A stretch of 64,000 nt of DNA. It comes from Deltaproteobacteria bacterium (GTDB lineage Bacteria > Myxococcota_A > UBA796 > SXON01). The notes below the pieces were generated by a model. That model did no database searches. It saw nothing but the letters and a program-made list of their open reading frames with translations, and had not been told where the DNA came from. Below are positions 44,006 to 53,672 of the stretch, piece after piece. Within the stretch, counting starts at the first letter, position 1, and every line of letters begins with the position of its first letter. The stretch covers positions 2,637 through 66,636 of the forward strand of contig CANKOI010000008.1 of NCBI GenBank assembly GCA_947484175.1. The letters are read 5' to 3'. The position numbers and the translations under genes are program-made.

Positions 44006-45298
44006 ATGCCTGTCGCCCAGAACGCCCGTGGCACCCGAGACCTGCTGCCCGCGCAGATGCACGCGCGGCTGCACGTCATCGGGCTCGTGCGCGAGGTGTT
44101 CGCCCGCTACGGCTTTGAGCCTCTCGAAACTCCGGCGTTCGAACGGCTCGAAACGCTGATGGGCAAGTATGGCGACGAAGGCGAGAAGCTCATCTTCCGC
44201 ATCCTCGAGCGCGGCGAAGGCGGCAGGGAGGGCAAGGCCGACTTGGCGCTGCGTTACGACCTCACGGTGCCGCTCGCGCGGGTCATCGCGCAGCACGCCG
44301 ACATCGCCATGCCGTTCAAGCGGTACCAGGTGCAGCCGGTGTGGCGGGCCGACCGGCCGCAGCGGGGGCGCTTCCGCGAGTTTTACCAGTGTGACGCTGA
44401 CATCGTGGGCGTGGACTCCCGCGTGGCCGACGCCGAGTGCTTGGCGGTGGCCAGCGACGGACTCTCGCGGCTGGGGTTTACGAACTACACGATCAAGCTG
44501 AACCACCGGGCCCTGCTCCGCGCGATCGTGGCCGCAGCCGGGGCAGCCGACCGCGAGGGCGAAGTGCTCGTAGCGATCGACAAGCTCGACAAGATCGGGG
44601 TCGAGGGCGTGTCGGAGGAGCTCGGCCGCCGCGGGTTTGATTCCGCAGTGGTCGCCCGGCTGTGGGAGGTGCTGGCCGCGCCGGCCGACCTCGCCGCAGT
44701 CGCGGCCGCCGTGGGGGAGGCCGCCGCCGGCCCCGCCGCCGAGCTGCGCGAAGTGCTCGCCCACGCCGCAGCGCTCGGCGCCCGCAACGTGGCCTTCGAT
44801 GCCACCCTCGCGCGCGGCCTCGGCTACTACACCGGCGCCGTTTTCGAAGCGGTGATCCACGACGGCGGGGTGGGCTCCGTGGGCGGAGGAGGCCGCTACG
44901 ACGGGCTCGTGGGCATGTTCAGCGGGCGGCAGGTGCCGGCGGTGGGCGTGTCGCTGGGGTTGGAACGGCTGCTGGTCGTGATGGAGGAGCGCGGCATGCT
45001 GCCCGGCATCGGCACCCGCACCCGCGCTCTGGTCACCCGCTTCGGTGCCGAACTCGACGCCGCCTCGCTCGGGCTCGCGGCCGAACTCCGCGCCGCGGGG
45101 CTGGAGGTGGAGGCGTGGCTGGGGGCGCCGGGCAAGCTCGGCAAGCAGTTCCAGTACGCCGACAGCCGCGGCATTCCCTACGCGGTGGTGCTGGGGCCCG
45201 ACGAGCTGGCGGAGGGGGTCGTGGCGGTCAAGACTCTGGCCACCGGCGAGCAGCGTCGGGTGCCTCGGGACCAGCTCGCGGAGGCACTGCGTGGGTGA
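44006..45298 (+). CDS. hisS: Histidine--tRNA ligase
   Basis: 430 aa. Class II aaRS HisRS motifs are present: RGTRDLLP, FRILERG, RYDLTVPLAR, YQVQPVWRADRPQRGRFREFYQCD, GGGRYDGL. Confidence 0.96.
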   Translation: MPVAQNARGTRDLLPAQMHARLHVIGLVREVFARYGFEPLETPAFERLETLMGKYGDEGEKLIFRILERGEGGREGKADLALRYDLTVPLARVIAQHADIAMPFKRYQVQPVWRADRPQRGRFREFYQCDADIVGVDSRVADAECLAVASDGLSRLGFTNYTIKLNHRALLRAIVAAAGAADREGEVLVAIDKLDKIGVEGVSEELGRRGFDSAVVARLWEVLAAPADLAAVAAAVGEAAAGPAAELREVLAHAAALGARNVAFDATLARGLGYYTGAVFEAVIHDGGVGSVGGGGRYDGLVGMFSGRQVPAVGVSLGLERLLVVMEERGMLPGIGTRTRALVTRFGAELDAASLGLAAELRAAGLEVEAWLGAPGKLGKQFQYADSRGIPYAVVLGPDELAEGVVAVKTLATGEQRRVPRDQLAEALRG

Positions 45299-46187
45299 CG
45301 CGCGCGACCCCTTAGCGGGGCGAACGGAGGCCGCACGGGCCGCCGCCGCCGTGCTCGCGCCCGGCTCGCTCGCGGGGAAGGTGGCGCTCGTCACGGGGGG
45401 CGGCACGGGCATCGGCGCGGCCACCGCGCGGCAGCTCGGGCGCATGGGCGCGGAGCTGGTGATCGCGTCGCGCAAGGCCTCGAACATCGAGCCCGCGGCC
45501 CGCGGGCTCGGCGAAGAGCTCGGTCGCAGCGTGCTCGGCGTGGTGTGCGATGTGCGCGACCGCGCCGCCATCGACACGCTCGTAGAGGCAACGCTCGCTC
45601 GCTTTGGCCGCATCGACGTGCTGGTGAACAACGGCGGGGGACAGTTTCTCACCCCCGCCGAGGCCATCACCCCGCGCGGCTGGGAGGCGGTCGTGGCCAC
45701 CAACCTCACCGGGCAGTGGGCGCTCACGCAGGCCGTCGCCAACCGTTGGATGCTGGAGCACGGCGGCGCGATCGTGAACGTGACGATGCTCAGCCACCGC
45801 GGTTTTCCCGGCATGGCCCACAGTGTCGCGGCGCGGGCCGGCGTGGAGGCCCTCACCCGCACCCTCGCCGTCGAGTGGGCCAGCCGCGGGGTGCGGCTGA
45901 ACTGCGTGGCGCCCGGCCTCATCGCCAGCTCGGGTTTTCGTAACTACCCCGAGGGCGCCTTTGTCCTCGACGAGCTGCGCAGCCGGGTGCCCCTGAAGCG
46001 GCTCGGCACCGCCGAGGAGATCGCCGCCACCATCGGCTTTTTGGTCTCCCCCGCCGGCGCCTACTTCACGGGCCAGGTGCTCACGTGCGATGGGGGGCAG
46101 AGCCTGTGGGGCGACATGTGGGTGGTGCCCGACTCCCCCGCCGCTGAGCCGGTGGTGCTCCCCCACGAATGGTGGGAGCTCCCGTGA
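45291..46187 (+). CDS. SDR-family oxidoreductase (PECR/DECR-like enoyl-CoA reductase type)
   Basis: The GTG at 45291 overlaps the hisS end by 8 nt. Motifs: GKVALVTGGGTGIGAA, NNGGG, and the non-classical active-site stretch GMAHSVAARAGVEALT. Confidence 0.85.
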   Translation: MGDARDPLAGRTEAARAAAAVLAPGSLAGKVALVTGGGTGIGAATARQLGRMGAELVIASRKASNIEPAARGLGEELGRSVLGVVCDVRDRAAIDTLVEATLARFGRIDVLVNNGGGQFLTPAEAITPRGWEAVVATNLTGQWALTQAVANRWMLEHGGAIVNVTMLSHRGFPGMAHSVAARAGVEALTRTLAVEWASRGVRLNCVAPGLIASSGFRNYPEGAFVLDELRSRVPLKRLGTAEEIAATIGFLVSPAGAYFTGQVLTCDGGQSLWGDMWVVPDSPAAEPVVLPHEWWELP

Positions 46188-46942
46188 ATCGCCGCACCTT
46201 TCTTACCGCCGCCGCCGGCGCCGCCTTCGCCCGGCCCGCCGCCGCCGATGACACCGCCCTCGTCGTACTCGCCGCCTCCAGTCTCACGGAAGCCCTCCAA
46301 CGCGCGGGCGAGGCGTGGACCGCGCTGGGCAATCCAAGGGTCACGTTCAGCTTCGACGCGTCCTCGCGGCTGGCCAAACAGATCGAGGCCGGCGCACCCG
46401 CAGACCTGTTCTTCGCGGCCGACCGCGACTGGATGGACTTCCTCGACGCCAAGGGGCTCATCGACCCGGCCACGCGCCGAAACCTCGTCGGGAACGGGCT
46501 CGTCGTCATCACGCGTGCGAGCTCGGCGGTGCCGATCGCCACCGTAGCCGACCTCGCCAAGCCGGAGCTACACCACGTGGCGCTGGCTGGAGAGAACGTG
46601 CCCGCGGGAAAGTACGCGAGGGCGGCGCTGGTGAGCCTCGGCGTGTGGGACGGCATCAAGGAGCGGGTGGTCAGCGGCGACAACGTGCGCACCGTGCTCC
46701 GCTGGGTGGCCACGGGCGAGGCCGAGGCCGGGGTGGTGTACGCCACCGACGCGCGGCAGTCGCCTGAGGTGAAGGTGGCGTTCGCCCTTCCGAGCGGCAG
46801 CTACCCCCCCGTCGTGTACCCGGTGGCCGTCACCCGAAACGCCGCGAACGCGAAGGCGGCGGCGAGCTTCCTCGTTTGGTGCAAGGGCCCCGCGGGGATG
46901 GCGATCTTCCTTGAGGCGGGCTTCACCGCCGTGGCGGAATAA
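46184..46942 (+). CDS. modA: Molybdate ABC transporter substrate-binding protein
   Basis: The GTG at 46184 forms a GTGA overlap with the SDR stop (an alternative start is 46169). The signal is Tat-like (NRRTFLTAAAGAAFA). ModA blocks: VLAASSLTEAL, DLFFAAD, AGENVPAGKYA. Confidence 0.85.
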   Translation: MNRRTFLTAAAGAAFARPAAADDTALVVLAASSLTEALQRAGEAWTALGNPRVTFSFDASSRLAKQIEAGAPADLFFAADRDWMDFLDAKGLIDPATRRNLVGNGLVVITRASSAVPIATVADLAKPELHHVALAGENVPAGKYARAALVSLGVWDGIKERVVSGDNVRTVLRWVATGEAEAGVVYATDARQSPEVKVAFALPSGSYPPVVYPVAVTRNAANAKAAASFLVWCKGPAGMAIFLEAGFTAVAE

Positions 46943-46962
46943 GCAGCGCCCTCGGAGGCTCC

Positions 46963-48450
46963 ATGCGGCACATCGGACATTGGATTGACGGCGCGGAAGT
47001 GCGCGGCACCTCGGGCAAGCACGGGCCCGTGTACGACCCCGCGGCGGGGCATGTGCAGGCAGAGGTCGACTTCGCCAGCGTGGACGAGGTGGACGCCGTC
47101 GTTGCCTCCTGCACCCGAGCGGCGGTGGGCTGGAGCCAAGCCTCCCTCTCACGACGTGCCGAGATTCTGTTCAAATTTCGGGAGCTGCTCGACGCCCGCA
47201 AGGCCGACCTCGCCCGCCTCCTCACCAGCGAACACGGCAAGGTGTTCTCCGACGCGATGGGCGAGATCTCCCGCGGCATCGAGAACGTGGAGTTCGCCTG
47301 CGGCATCCCGCACCTCCTCAAAGGGGAGCACTCGGAGCAGGCGGCGACGGGCGTAGACGTGTACTCGCTGCGCCAGCCGCTGGGCGTGGTGGCGGCGATC
47401 ACCCCGTTCAACTTCCCGGCGATGGTTCCCATCTGGATGCTCGCGAACGGGGTGGCCTGCGGCAACGCTGTGGTGCTCAAGCCCAGCGAGAAGGACCCCT
47501 CGCCCTCGCTGTTCCTCGCGGCCCTCCTCAAGGAGGCCGGCCTGCCCGACGGCGTGCTCAACGTGGTGAACGGCGACAAGTTGGTCGTAGACCGACTGAT
47601 CGAGCACCCCGGCGTGGCCGCGCTCTCCTTCGTCGGCTCCACCCCGATCGCGCGCTACATCTACGAGAACGGCACCCGGCGCGGCAAACGGGTGCAGGCG
47701 CTGGGCGGGGCCAAGAACCACATGGTCGTCCTCCCCGACGCCGACGTCGGCATGGCTGCGGACGCCGCGGTGTCGGCCGCCTACGGATCGGCAGGCGAGC
47801 GCTGCATGGCCGTCGCCATGGTCGTGGCCGTCGGCGATGTGGCGGAGCCGCTCGTGCGCGCCATCGAGGCCCGGCTCGATCGGATCAAGGTCGGTCCCGG
47901 CACCGACCCGGAGAACGAGATGGGGCCGCTCATCACGCGCGAGCACCGCGACCGGGTGGCGTCGTACCTCGACATCGCGAAGGAAGAGGGCGCCACCGTA
48001 GTGCGGGACGGACGCGAACAGAAGTTCGCCAACGACGGCTTCTTCTTGGGCGTGTCGCTCATCGACAAGGTGAAGCCGAACAGCCGGGTGCACTGCGAAG
48101 AAATCTTTGGCCCGGTGCTCTCCGTGCTGCGCGTGGGCACCTACGACGAAGCGCTCGCAATCGTGAACAGCCACGAGTACGGCAACGGCACCGCCATCTT
48201 CACGCGCGACGGCGGGGCCGCACGCCGCTTCCAGCGCGAGGTGGACGTGGGCATGGTCGGCATCAACGTGCCCATCCCCGTGCCCGTGTCGTACTACAGC
48301 TTCGGCGGCTGGCGGGCCTCCCTGTTCGGCGACCACCACATGTACGGTCCGGAGGGCATCCGCTTCTTCACCCGCACAAAAGTGGTCACCAGCCGGTGGC
48401 CCGACCCCGCAACGTCGGTGATCGATCTCGGCTTCCCGAGGAACCGGTAG
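46963..48450 (+). CDS. mmsA: CoA-acylating methylmalonate-semialdehyde dehydrogenase
   Basis: 495 aa. ALDH-family motifs are present, plus the MmsA-typical ITPFNFPAMVPIWM, GERCMA and VGINVPIPVP. Confidence 0.92.
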   Translation: MRHIGHWIDGAEVRGTSGKHGPVYDPAAGHVQAEVDFASVDEVDAVVASCTRAAVGWSQASLSRRAEILFKFRELLDARKADLARLLTSEHGKVFSDAMGEISRGIENVEFACGIPHLLKGEHSEQAATGVDVYSLRQPLGVVAAITPFNFPAMVPIWMLANGVACGNAVVLKPSEKDPSPSLFLAALLKEAGLPDGVLNVVNGDKLVVDRLIEHPGVAALSFVGSTPIARYIYENGTRRGKRVQALGGAKNHMVVLPDADVGMAADAAVSAAYGSAGERCMAVAMVVAVGDVAEPLVRAIEARLDRIKVGPGTDPENEMGPLITREHRDRVASYLDIAKEEGATVVRDGREQKFANDGFFLGVSLIDKVKPNSRVHCEEIFGPVLSVLRVGTYDEALAIVNSHEYGNGTAIFTRDGGAARRFQREVDVGMVGINVPIPVPVSYYSFGGWRASLFGDHHMYGPEGIRFFTRTKVVTSRWPDPATSVIDLGFPRNR

Positions 48451-48696
48451 GGCGCGGGCCCCCCGATGTCTACCGATTGACCTCGATGCGGCTCGCCGCG
48501 CAGGACGCGGCGCCGGTGGGGCGCAGGTCCCTCGCCAGCCGGCCGCCCCGGAAGGGCCGTCGTGAGGAAAAGCCGGAGTTGGCGCTGGGGCCTGCCTCGT
48601 CCAACCGTAGTGCTCAACGAGGAGGTGCCGAGCTGCCAAGAGACTCCGCTGGGCTTGCTGCTGCGGCTCAGCAGGGGCGGTGTTCGCGATCCAACG

Positions 48697-50037
48697 CTAC
48701 CAGTCGCTGCCCTCGACACATAGCGCCTCGGTGCTGGCAAACTGCTCCTCGAGCGCCGCCGCCAGCGTGGTGGACATGGTGACGCTGGCCGCGAGATCGG
48801 TGTCGCTGTTGGGGTCCAAAAGAGTGTCGTAGAGCTCGTAGGACACCTTGCCGCCGGGGCGGCGGATCTTGATGCCGAGCGAGTCGCCCTCCCAGATCGC
48901 GGTTTCAACCGTGAGCGACTGCGGTGCACAGCGCCAGGCTTTCACGAGGCCCGTGGCCGGCTCGCCCAGCGGAACCCCCTCGAACTGGCCCTCGGGAGGC
49001 GACACGCCGAGCCGGTCGAGCAGGGTGGGCGCGAGGTCGACCTGCGAGGCGAGCGCGTACTCGCCGGGCACGCCCTGCGCGTCGAACAGCGCCAGAAAGC
49101 CCCGGCTGATTTTCTGGTTGAGCGTCCAGTTGTGGTCGGTCTTGGGGTCGAGCCACCCTTCGCCGTGGTCGGTGGTCACGGCCACCAGCGCATCGGCCGG
49201 AAGGGCGCTGAGGAAGGCGTCGAGCTCAGCATCGAGCTGGGTGGCGGCGCAGGACTGGCCCACGTGGATGGCCGCCCCACACGCCGCACGCTCTTCATCG
49301 CTCATCACGGTGAAGTCGATGAACGCGTAGGTCACCTCCGCCCCGATGTCGAACAACTCCTCGGGGCACAGGGCGGCCGCCGCCTGCACCTCCGCCGCGC
49401 AGGAGTCCGCCATCGGCCCGAAGGGCACGTGCAGCTCCATCAGCTGCAGCCAGGCGAGCACCGGCTCCTCGTGAGTGGAGAGCTGCTCCAGCACCGCATC
49501 GAAGCGCTGGGGCGCGGACTCCTCTCCCTTGTCGGAGAACACCTGCTCCTCAAAGCCCTGGCTGAGCCAGTCCCCGAGCGCCGGGTTGGCGCTGTTGAGG
49601 TAGGTGTGCCACCCGTGGGACTGCAGACTCTCGGCCAGCGTCGTGACGGTGCTCTCGTCGAGCGCCTCGTCCCCGCCAGCGAGGTACCGCTCCTCCCACC
49701 GTAGGCCGCTCATCAACGACACGGTCGCGGGGCGGGTCCAGCCGGCGGTGTTCGTCATGTTCACGACGGTCTCACCCAGAAGCGCGCGCTCTGAAAGGAG
49801 CGGCATGGACCCCTCCGCAAACAAGCCGTACCGGGCGGTGTCGAGCACCACAACGACCACGTCGCGCTCGACGACGGCGGGGTCGCCCGAGTGGCCCGTG
49901 CCCCCCGCCGAGTCCTGCGTATCGGGCTCGCGGCCGGTCTCGCGGGGGTCGCCTTCACTGTCCACCCCTCCCTCGCACGCCAGCACGCAAAGCAGCAAGC
50001 CATGCCAAGGCCAAAGCGGGGAGCGGGAGGGAAACAA
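48697..50037 (-). CDS. Alkaline-phosphatase-superfamily (sulfatase-like) lipoprotein
   Basis: Lipobox: LLLCVLAC. The metal-ligand block is VVVVVLDTARYG. The nucleophile region is NTAGWTRPATVSLMSG, in the position of the sulfatase CxPxR signature. Confidence 0.7.
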   Translation of the reverse strand: MFPSRSPLWPWHGLLLCVLACEGGVDSEGDPRETGREPDTQDSAGGTGHSGDPAVVERDVVVVVLDTARYGLFAEGSMPLLSERALLGETVVNMTNTAGWTRPATVSLMSGLRWEERYLAGGDEALDESTVTTLAESLQSHGWHTYLNSANPALGDWLSQGFEEQVFSDKGEESAPQRFDAVLEQLSTHEEPVLAWLQLMELHVPFGPMADSCAAEVQAAAALCPEELFDIGAEVTYAFIDFTVMSDEERAACGAAIHVGQSCAATQLDAELDAFLSALPADALVAVTTDHGEGWLDPKTDHNWTLNQKISRGFLALFDAQGVPGEYALASQVDLAPTLLDRLGVSPPEGQFEGVPLGEPATGLVKAWRCAPQSLTVETAIWEGDSLGIKIRRPGGKVSYELYDTLLDPNSDTDLAASVTMSTTLAAALEEQFASTEALCVEGSDW

Positions 50038-50045
50038 CGCGGGCG

Positions 50046-51215
50046 CTACCAGGGGAGCGGGTCGGGACGCACGGGTTCCGGCGAAGGAGAAGCGGGCGGG
50101 GCCGCGGCCGGGGCACCCACGATGAGGAACTCGACGCGACGGTTGTTGGAGCGCCCCTCCTCGGTGCGGTTGGTATCAACCGGACGGGTTTCGCCGTAGC
50201 CGACCGTCATCATTCGGACCGCGGGAATGCGCTTCTCGAGGAGGTACTCGAACACGGCGTCGGCGCGCTCCTTCGACAACTTCTGGTTCTTCGCATCGTC
50301 GCCCACGTTGTCGGTGTGGCCTCCAATCTCGATCTTAAGCTTCGGGTAGTCGCGCATGGCCTGGGCCACATCGTCGAGGAGCGCAAAACTATCGGCGAGG
50401 ATCACGCCCTTGCCGGTGGCAAAGTTGACCTTCTGGTTGATCTCGATGGCGGTGCCCGTGACCTGCACCCGCGACGGCTTCTGGTCGGGGCAGCCGTCGG
50501 GGTCGAGGTACCCGTTCACGGTTTCGGCGGCGTCGGGGCAGGCATCTGCGGCGTCGGTCACGCCGTCGTGGTCGCGGTCGCGTGAGGGGCAGCCGCCATC
50601 GGTGCCGGCCTCATCGGGGCAGCGGTCGGCGGGGTCGAGCACGCCGTCGCGATCGTTGTCGGGGTCGGGGCAGCCGTCTCGGTCCTCGAAGCCGTCTTTG
50701 TCCTCGGCCTGCATCGCGCAGCGGTCGAGGCTGTCGTTCACGCCGTCCACATCGTTGTCGAGTTCGGGGCAGCCGTCGGCGTCCTTGAATCCGTCGAGGT
50801 CTTCCGGGTCGGCCGGGCAGCCGTCGTCGGCGTCGAGCATGCCGTCGCCATCCCGATCGGCGGGCGTAGACGGAAGGGGCTTGGCCACCGGCGCAGGAGG
50901 CTCCGGCAAAGACTCGAACGCGTCCTTCTCGGGTGGAGGGGGAGCGGCGGGCGTGTCACGCTCGGGGCACGTGTTGGCCACGGCGGCGTAGCTCCGGCCG
51001 AGCTTCAGATGCTCGGAAGCACGCGCCAGGCTCGCCTCGTCAAACTCCACTTCGGCGAAGGCGAGGTTCGCCTCGGCGAGGGCTAGCTCCGCGGGCTTGC
51101 ACCGCGCCCGCCCCTTCGATTCTTCGAGCTCCCGCTTCAGCGCGCTGTGCTCGGCTTGGAGGAGGGAAACGGGCACGCAGCCGACGAGCACGACCGCCAA
51201 CAGAAAGGGGCGCAT
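50046..51215 (-). CDS. OmpA-family lipoprotein with thrombospondin type-3 (Asp-rich Ca-binding) repeats
   Basis: Lipobox: VVLVGC. It has multiple D-x-D-G-x-x-D / DGCPD repeats. The C-terminal OmpA peptidoglycan-binding block is IEIGGHTDNVGDDAKNQKLSKERADAV...NRRVEF. Confidence 0.9.
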   Translation of the reverse strand: MRPFLLAVVLVGCVPVSLLQAEHSALKRELEESKGRARCKPAELALAEANLAFAEVEFDEASLARASEHLKLGRSYAAVANTCPERDTPAAPPPPEKDAFESLPEPPAPVAKPLPSTPADRDGDGMLDADDGCPADPEDLDGFKDADGCPELDNDVDGVNDSLDRCAMQAEDKDGFEDRDGCPDPDNDRDGVLDPADRCPDEAGTDGGCPSRDRDHDGVTDAADACPDAAETVNGYLDPDGCPDQKPSRVQVTGTAIEINQKVNFATGKGVILADSFALLDDVAQAMRDYPKLKIEIGGHTDNVGDDAKNQKLSKERADAVFEYLLEKRIPAVRMMTVGYGETRPVDTNRTEEGRSNNRRVEFLIVGAPAAAPPASPSPEPVRPDPLPW

Positions 51216-51583
51216 CAGAGTTCGTCCAAGTCGATCTGTTCGAGCGAATTCTCTTTCTGCTCCTTCACCTCTTCGCGGCGCTCCTCGGGCACGAATTCGT
51301 CGCCGAACTCCCGCTCCGCGTCGGACGTGGCCTCCAGCGCCCGCGCCGCCCAGTCGATCGCGGACTGAGCGAGCACGTCGGAGTGACCGTACTCGTTCCC
51401 GCCGTTCTCTTCGCGAGCCTTGTCGTAGTAGGCCAAGGCAAGCGTGTACTCGTACGTGGCCTTCTGCTCGGCCCCGGCGACCTTCGCCTTATCGAGCGCT
51501 CGCTGCGCATTGATCAGCACGTAGCCGGAACGGGCCGACGCGCAGCCCGATCCGAGGAGAGCCAGAACCACCAGAAGTCGCAT
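51215..51583 (-). CDS. DUF4398-like helical lipoprotein
   Basis: Lipobox: LALLGSGC. It is a helical Ala/Glu-rich protein upstream of an OmpA gene, a common pairing. The stop overlaps the OmpA start by 1 nt (TGATG). Confidence 0.75.
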   Translation of the reverse strand: MRLLVVLALLGSGCASARSGYVLINAQRALDKAKVAGAEQKATYEYTLALAYYDKAREENGGNEYGHSDVLAQSAIDWAARALEATSDAEREFGDEFVPEERREEVKEQKENSLEQIDLDEL

Positions 51584-51617
51584 CGCTCGATCGTAACGCG
51601 CCCCGGCCGCCGCGCCG

Positions 51618-53672
51618 TCAAGGCGCCGGTTTCGCGGCCTCGGCCTCCGCCGCTTCCGGCACCTCGAACACCGCCATCCTCATGGCGGAGGGCGCAATGG
51701 CCTCGGGAATGTCGGCCGGCTGCGAGGTCCACGGCACGAGGTCGCCCGAGGTGGGCACGCCGAATTGAGGGTTGGAAGGGTCGCCCCGGCGCATCTCCTC
51801 CACCATGAGCGGAGTGAGCCCCATCTGCTTCGAAATCCGGTCGACCGCAGCGATGAACAGCCGGGAGCCCTGGGAACGATCGGCCAGGAAGTAGCCTCGC
51901 TCATGCAGGATGATGCGCCGATAGTTGCCGCTCTTCCCCCACGCGCGGAAGCTCTCGACCGTGAGGTCTTTCGCGTCGGCCGCCATCGCATGTTGGGAGA
52001 GCTCCTCGAACACCTTGGGCACCTTTCCCACCACGACGTCGGGGCGCGCGAGGTACCGCAATCGTTCCCCAGAATCGCCGCCCGTGCCCTTCGCGCGCAG
52101 AAAGGGCGGCACGGCCCCCGGCGAAGCCCACGACCGGTACACTTTCTGGTGGTGAATGACCTGGTAGTAGTAGATCAGGTCCTGCTGATGCTCCAGCGGC
52201 AGCTCGACGATGCCAGTGAGGGCGCTGGAGTCGAGCTTTCGGTAGTACTCGGGCACCCGAATGCGGCTCGCCTTGATGGGACTGCGCCACTCGCGGCTGT
52301 CGCCCCCGCCCTCCACCACCGCGCCCCGACCCCAGTAGTAGAGCGGCTGAGCCACGGTGGCCACGATCACGAAGGGGGCCACCCAGGCCCGAAACGGGAG
52401 GCGAGCCAGCCCCAACGCCACCAAGGCCACCGACGCCACCACCACGAAGGCGCACAGCCGATAGGGCGCGAACATTCGAGCCATCCCCGGGATGTACTGG
52501 AACATCAGGGTGTACGGCATGCGTACGACGTAGCCCCCATCGAGCCGAAACACGTCGCGGGAGTCGCCATCGCCGATGCGCAGAAAGGGGCCGAGCGTGC
52601 CGAGGTAGAAGAAGAACCACACCGCGAGCCAGCCCCAGGAGCGGCGCCGCGCCATGGCCGGTAGCACCCCAAACGCCATCGCAGTCAGCGGCATCGCAAA
52701 GCCCAGGCGAGGATCCAGCGGGTAGGTGGCGCTCCACGAGGAGCCGATCGTTCGGTTGATCGAGGCGAGCACGTTCTCCGCGTAGGTCTCCGGCCGCAAG
52801 GGCGCGTGGCTCACGGTGTCGTAGCTAGGGAAGGGAAGGAAGAACGTCAGCTCGGGGAGGGCCGCGCGGCCTCCGCCACTGCCGCCACCCCCACCCGGCG
52901 AGGTGCCATCGCCCACGAGGTACGCCAGCACAAACGGGCCGGCAGCCAATCCGGCACCGAGAGCCACTCCGGCCAACGCCCGGCCGAGCGCTCCGAGGCG
53001 CGCCCGCTGCCCCTCCGTAGCGAGCGTCTTCACTAGCCAGAGCACCGTAAAAATGGCGGCAAACAGACCATAGAACCAATACCAGGCGCCGGCGAGGCCA
53101 AGGCAGACGCCCGCGAGGACCCCAGAGCCCAGCGTGCGACGACGGAGAGCCCGGTCCAAGAGCGCGGGGTACAGCAGCACCCACCACAGGATGGCCTGCC
53201 GCAGGCCGCACTCCCCTACCTCCAAGATGTTGATCGGATTGGCCACCGCGATGCTGCACGCGGCCAGCGCCGCGGCGATGCTGCCCGAAAAATACCGGGC
53301 CAAGGCGTAGCCGGCCACGCCATCGAGCACGAGGACGATGAAGATCTTGGCGTTGTAGGATTGGGGAAAACCGAGGAGCGCCTCTAGCGGGTAGGAGAGG
53401 GCAAGCACGTCGAGGATGTTGCCGGTTTCCGGGTACCGGCCCAGGGAGACGAAACCCAGCCAGCGATCGACAGGGCCAAGGTCGCTCGACGACAGGCCCG
53501 CCAGCGAGTCAAAGTGCCACTGGTACCGCCACAGCCAGCCGCCCAACTCCCCTCCGCCGGGCACCACCTCGCCAAGGTACTGCACCACGGGCCACGTGAT
53601 CGCCGTCACCGAGGCGAGCGACACCAGAACCGCCGCCGCGAGCCCGAGCGCCTCTCGCGCCGTTCGCGTCAT
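51618..53672 (-). CDS. Large polytopic membrane protein, GT-C-like (paralog of the upstream gene) with C-terminal soluble domain
   Basis: The ATG at 53672 forms an ATGA overlap with the upstream stop. The product is 684 aa with more than 10 hydrophobic segments. The N-terminal motif is ITWPVVQYLG...GGWLWRYQWHF. Confidence 0.75.
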   Translation of the reverse strand: MTRTAREALGLAAAVLVSLASVTAITWPVVQYLGEVVPGGGELGGWLWRYQWHFDSLAGLSSSDLGPVDRWLGFVSLGRYPETGNILDVLALSYPLEALLGFPQSYNAKIFIVLVLDGVAGYALARYFSGSIAAALAACSIAVANPINILEVGECGLRQAILWWVLLYPALLDRALRRRTLGSGVLAGVCLGLAGAWYWFYGLFAAIFTVLWLVKTLATEGQRARLGALGRALAGVALGAGLAAGPFVLAYLVGDGTSPGGGGGSGGGRAALPELTFFLPFPSYDTVSHAPLRPETYAENVLASINRTIGSSWSATYPLDPRLGFAMPLTAMAFGVLPAMARRRSWGWLAVWFFFYLGTLGPFLRIGDGDSRDVFRLDGGYVVRMPYTLMFQYIPGMARMFAPYRLCAFVVVASVALVALGLARLPFRAWVAPFVIVATVAQPLYYWGRGAVVEGGGDSREWRSPIKASRIRVPEYYRKLDSSALTGIVELPLEHQQDLIYYYQVIHHQKVYRSWASPGAVPPFLRAKGTGGDSGERLRYLARPDVVVGKVPKVFEELSQHAMAADAKDLTVESFRAWGKSGNYRRIILHERGYFLADRSQGSRLFIAAVDRISKQMGLTPLMVEEMRRGDPSNPQFGVPTSGDLVPWTSQPADIPEAIAPSAMRMAVFEVPEAAEAEAAKPAP

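Noticed and set aside
48451-48696. Possible structured RNA or terminators in the 246-bp convergent gap between mmsA and the sulfatase-like gene. The hairpins are CCTCGT-N16-ACGAGG at 48595-48622 and CTGCTG-cggct-CAGCAG at 48658-48674.
   Set aside because: The stems are short (6 bp), the loops are large or the U-tracts absent, and there are no tRNA-like or known riboswitch motifs. The evidence is insufficient to call a feature.
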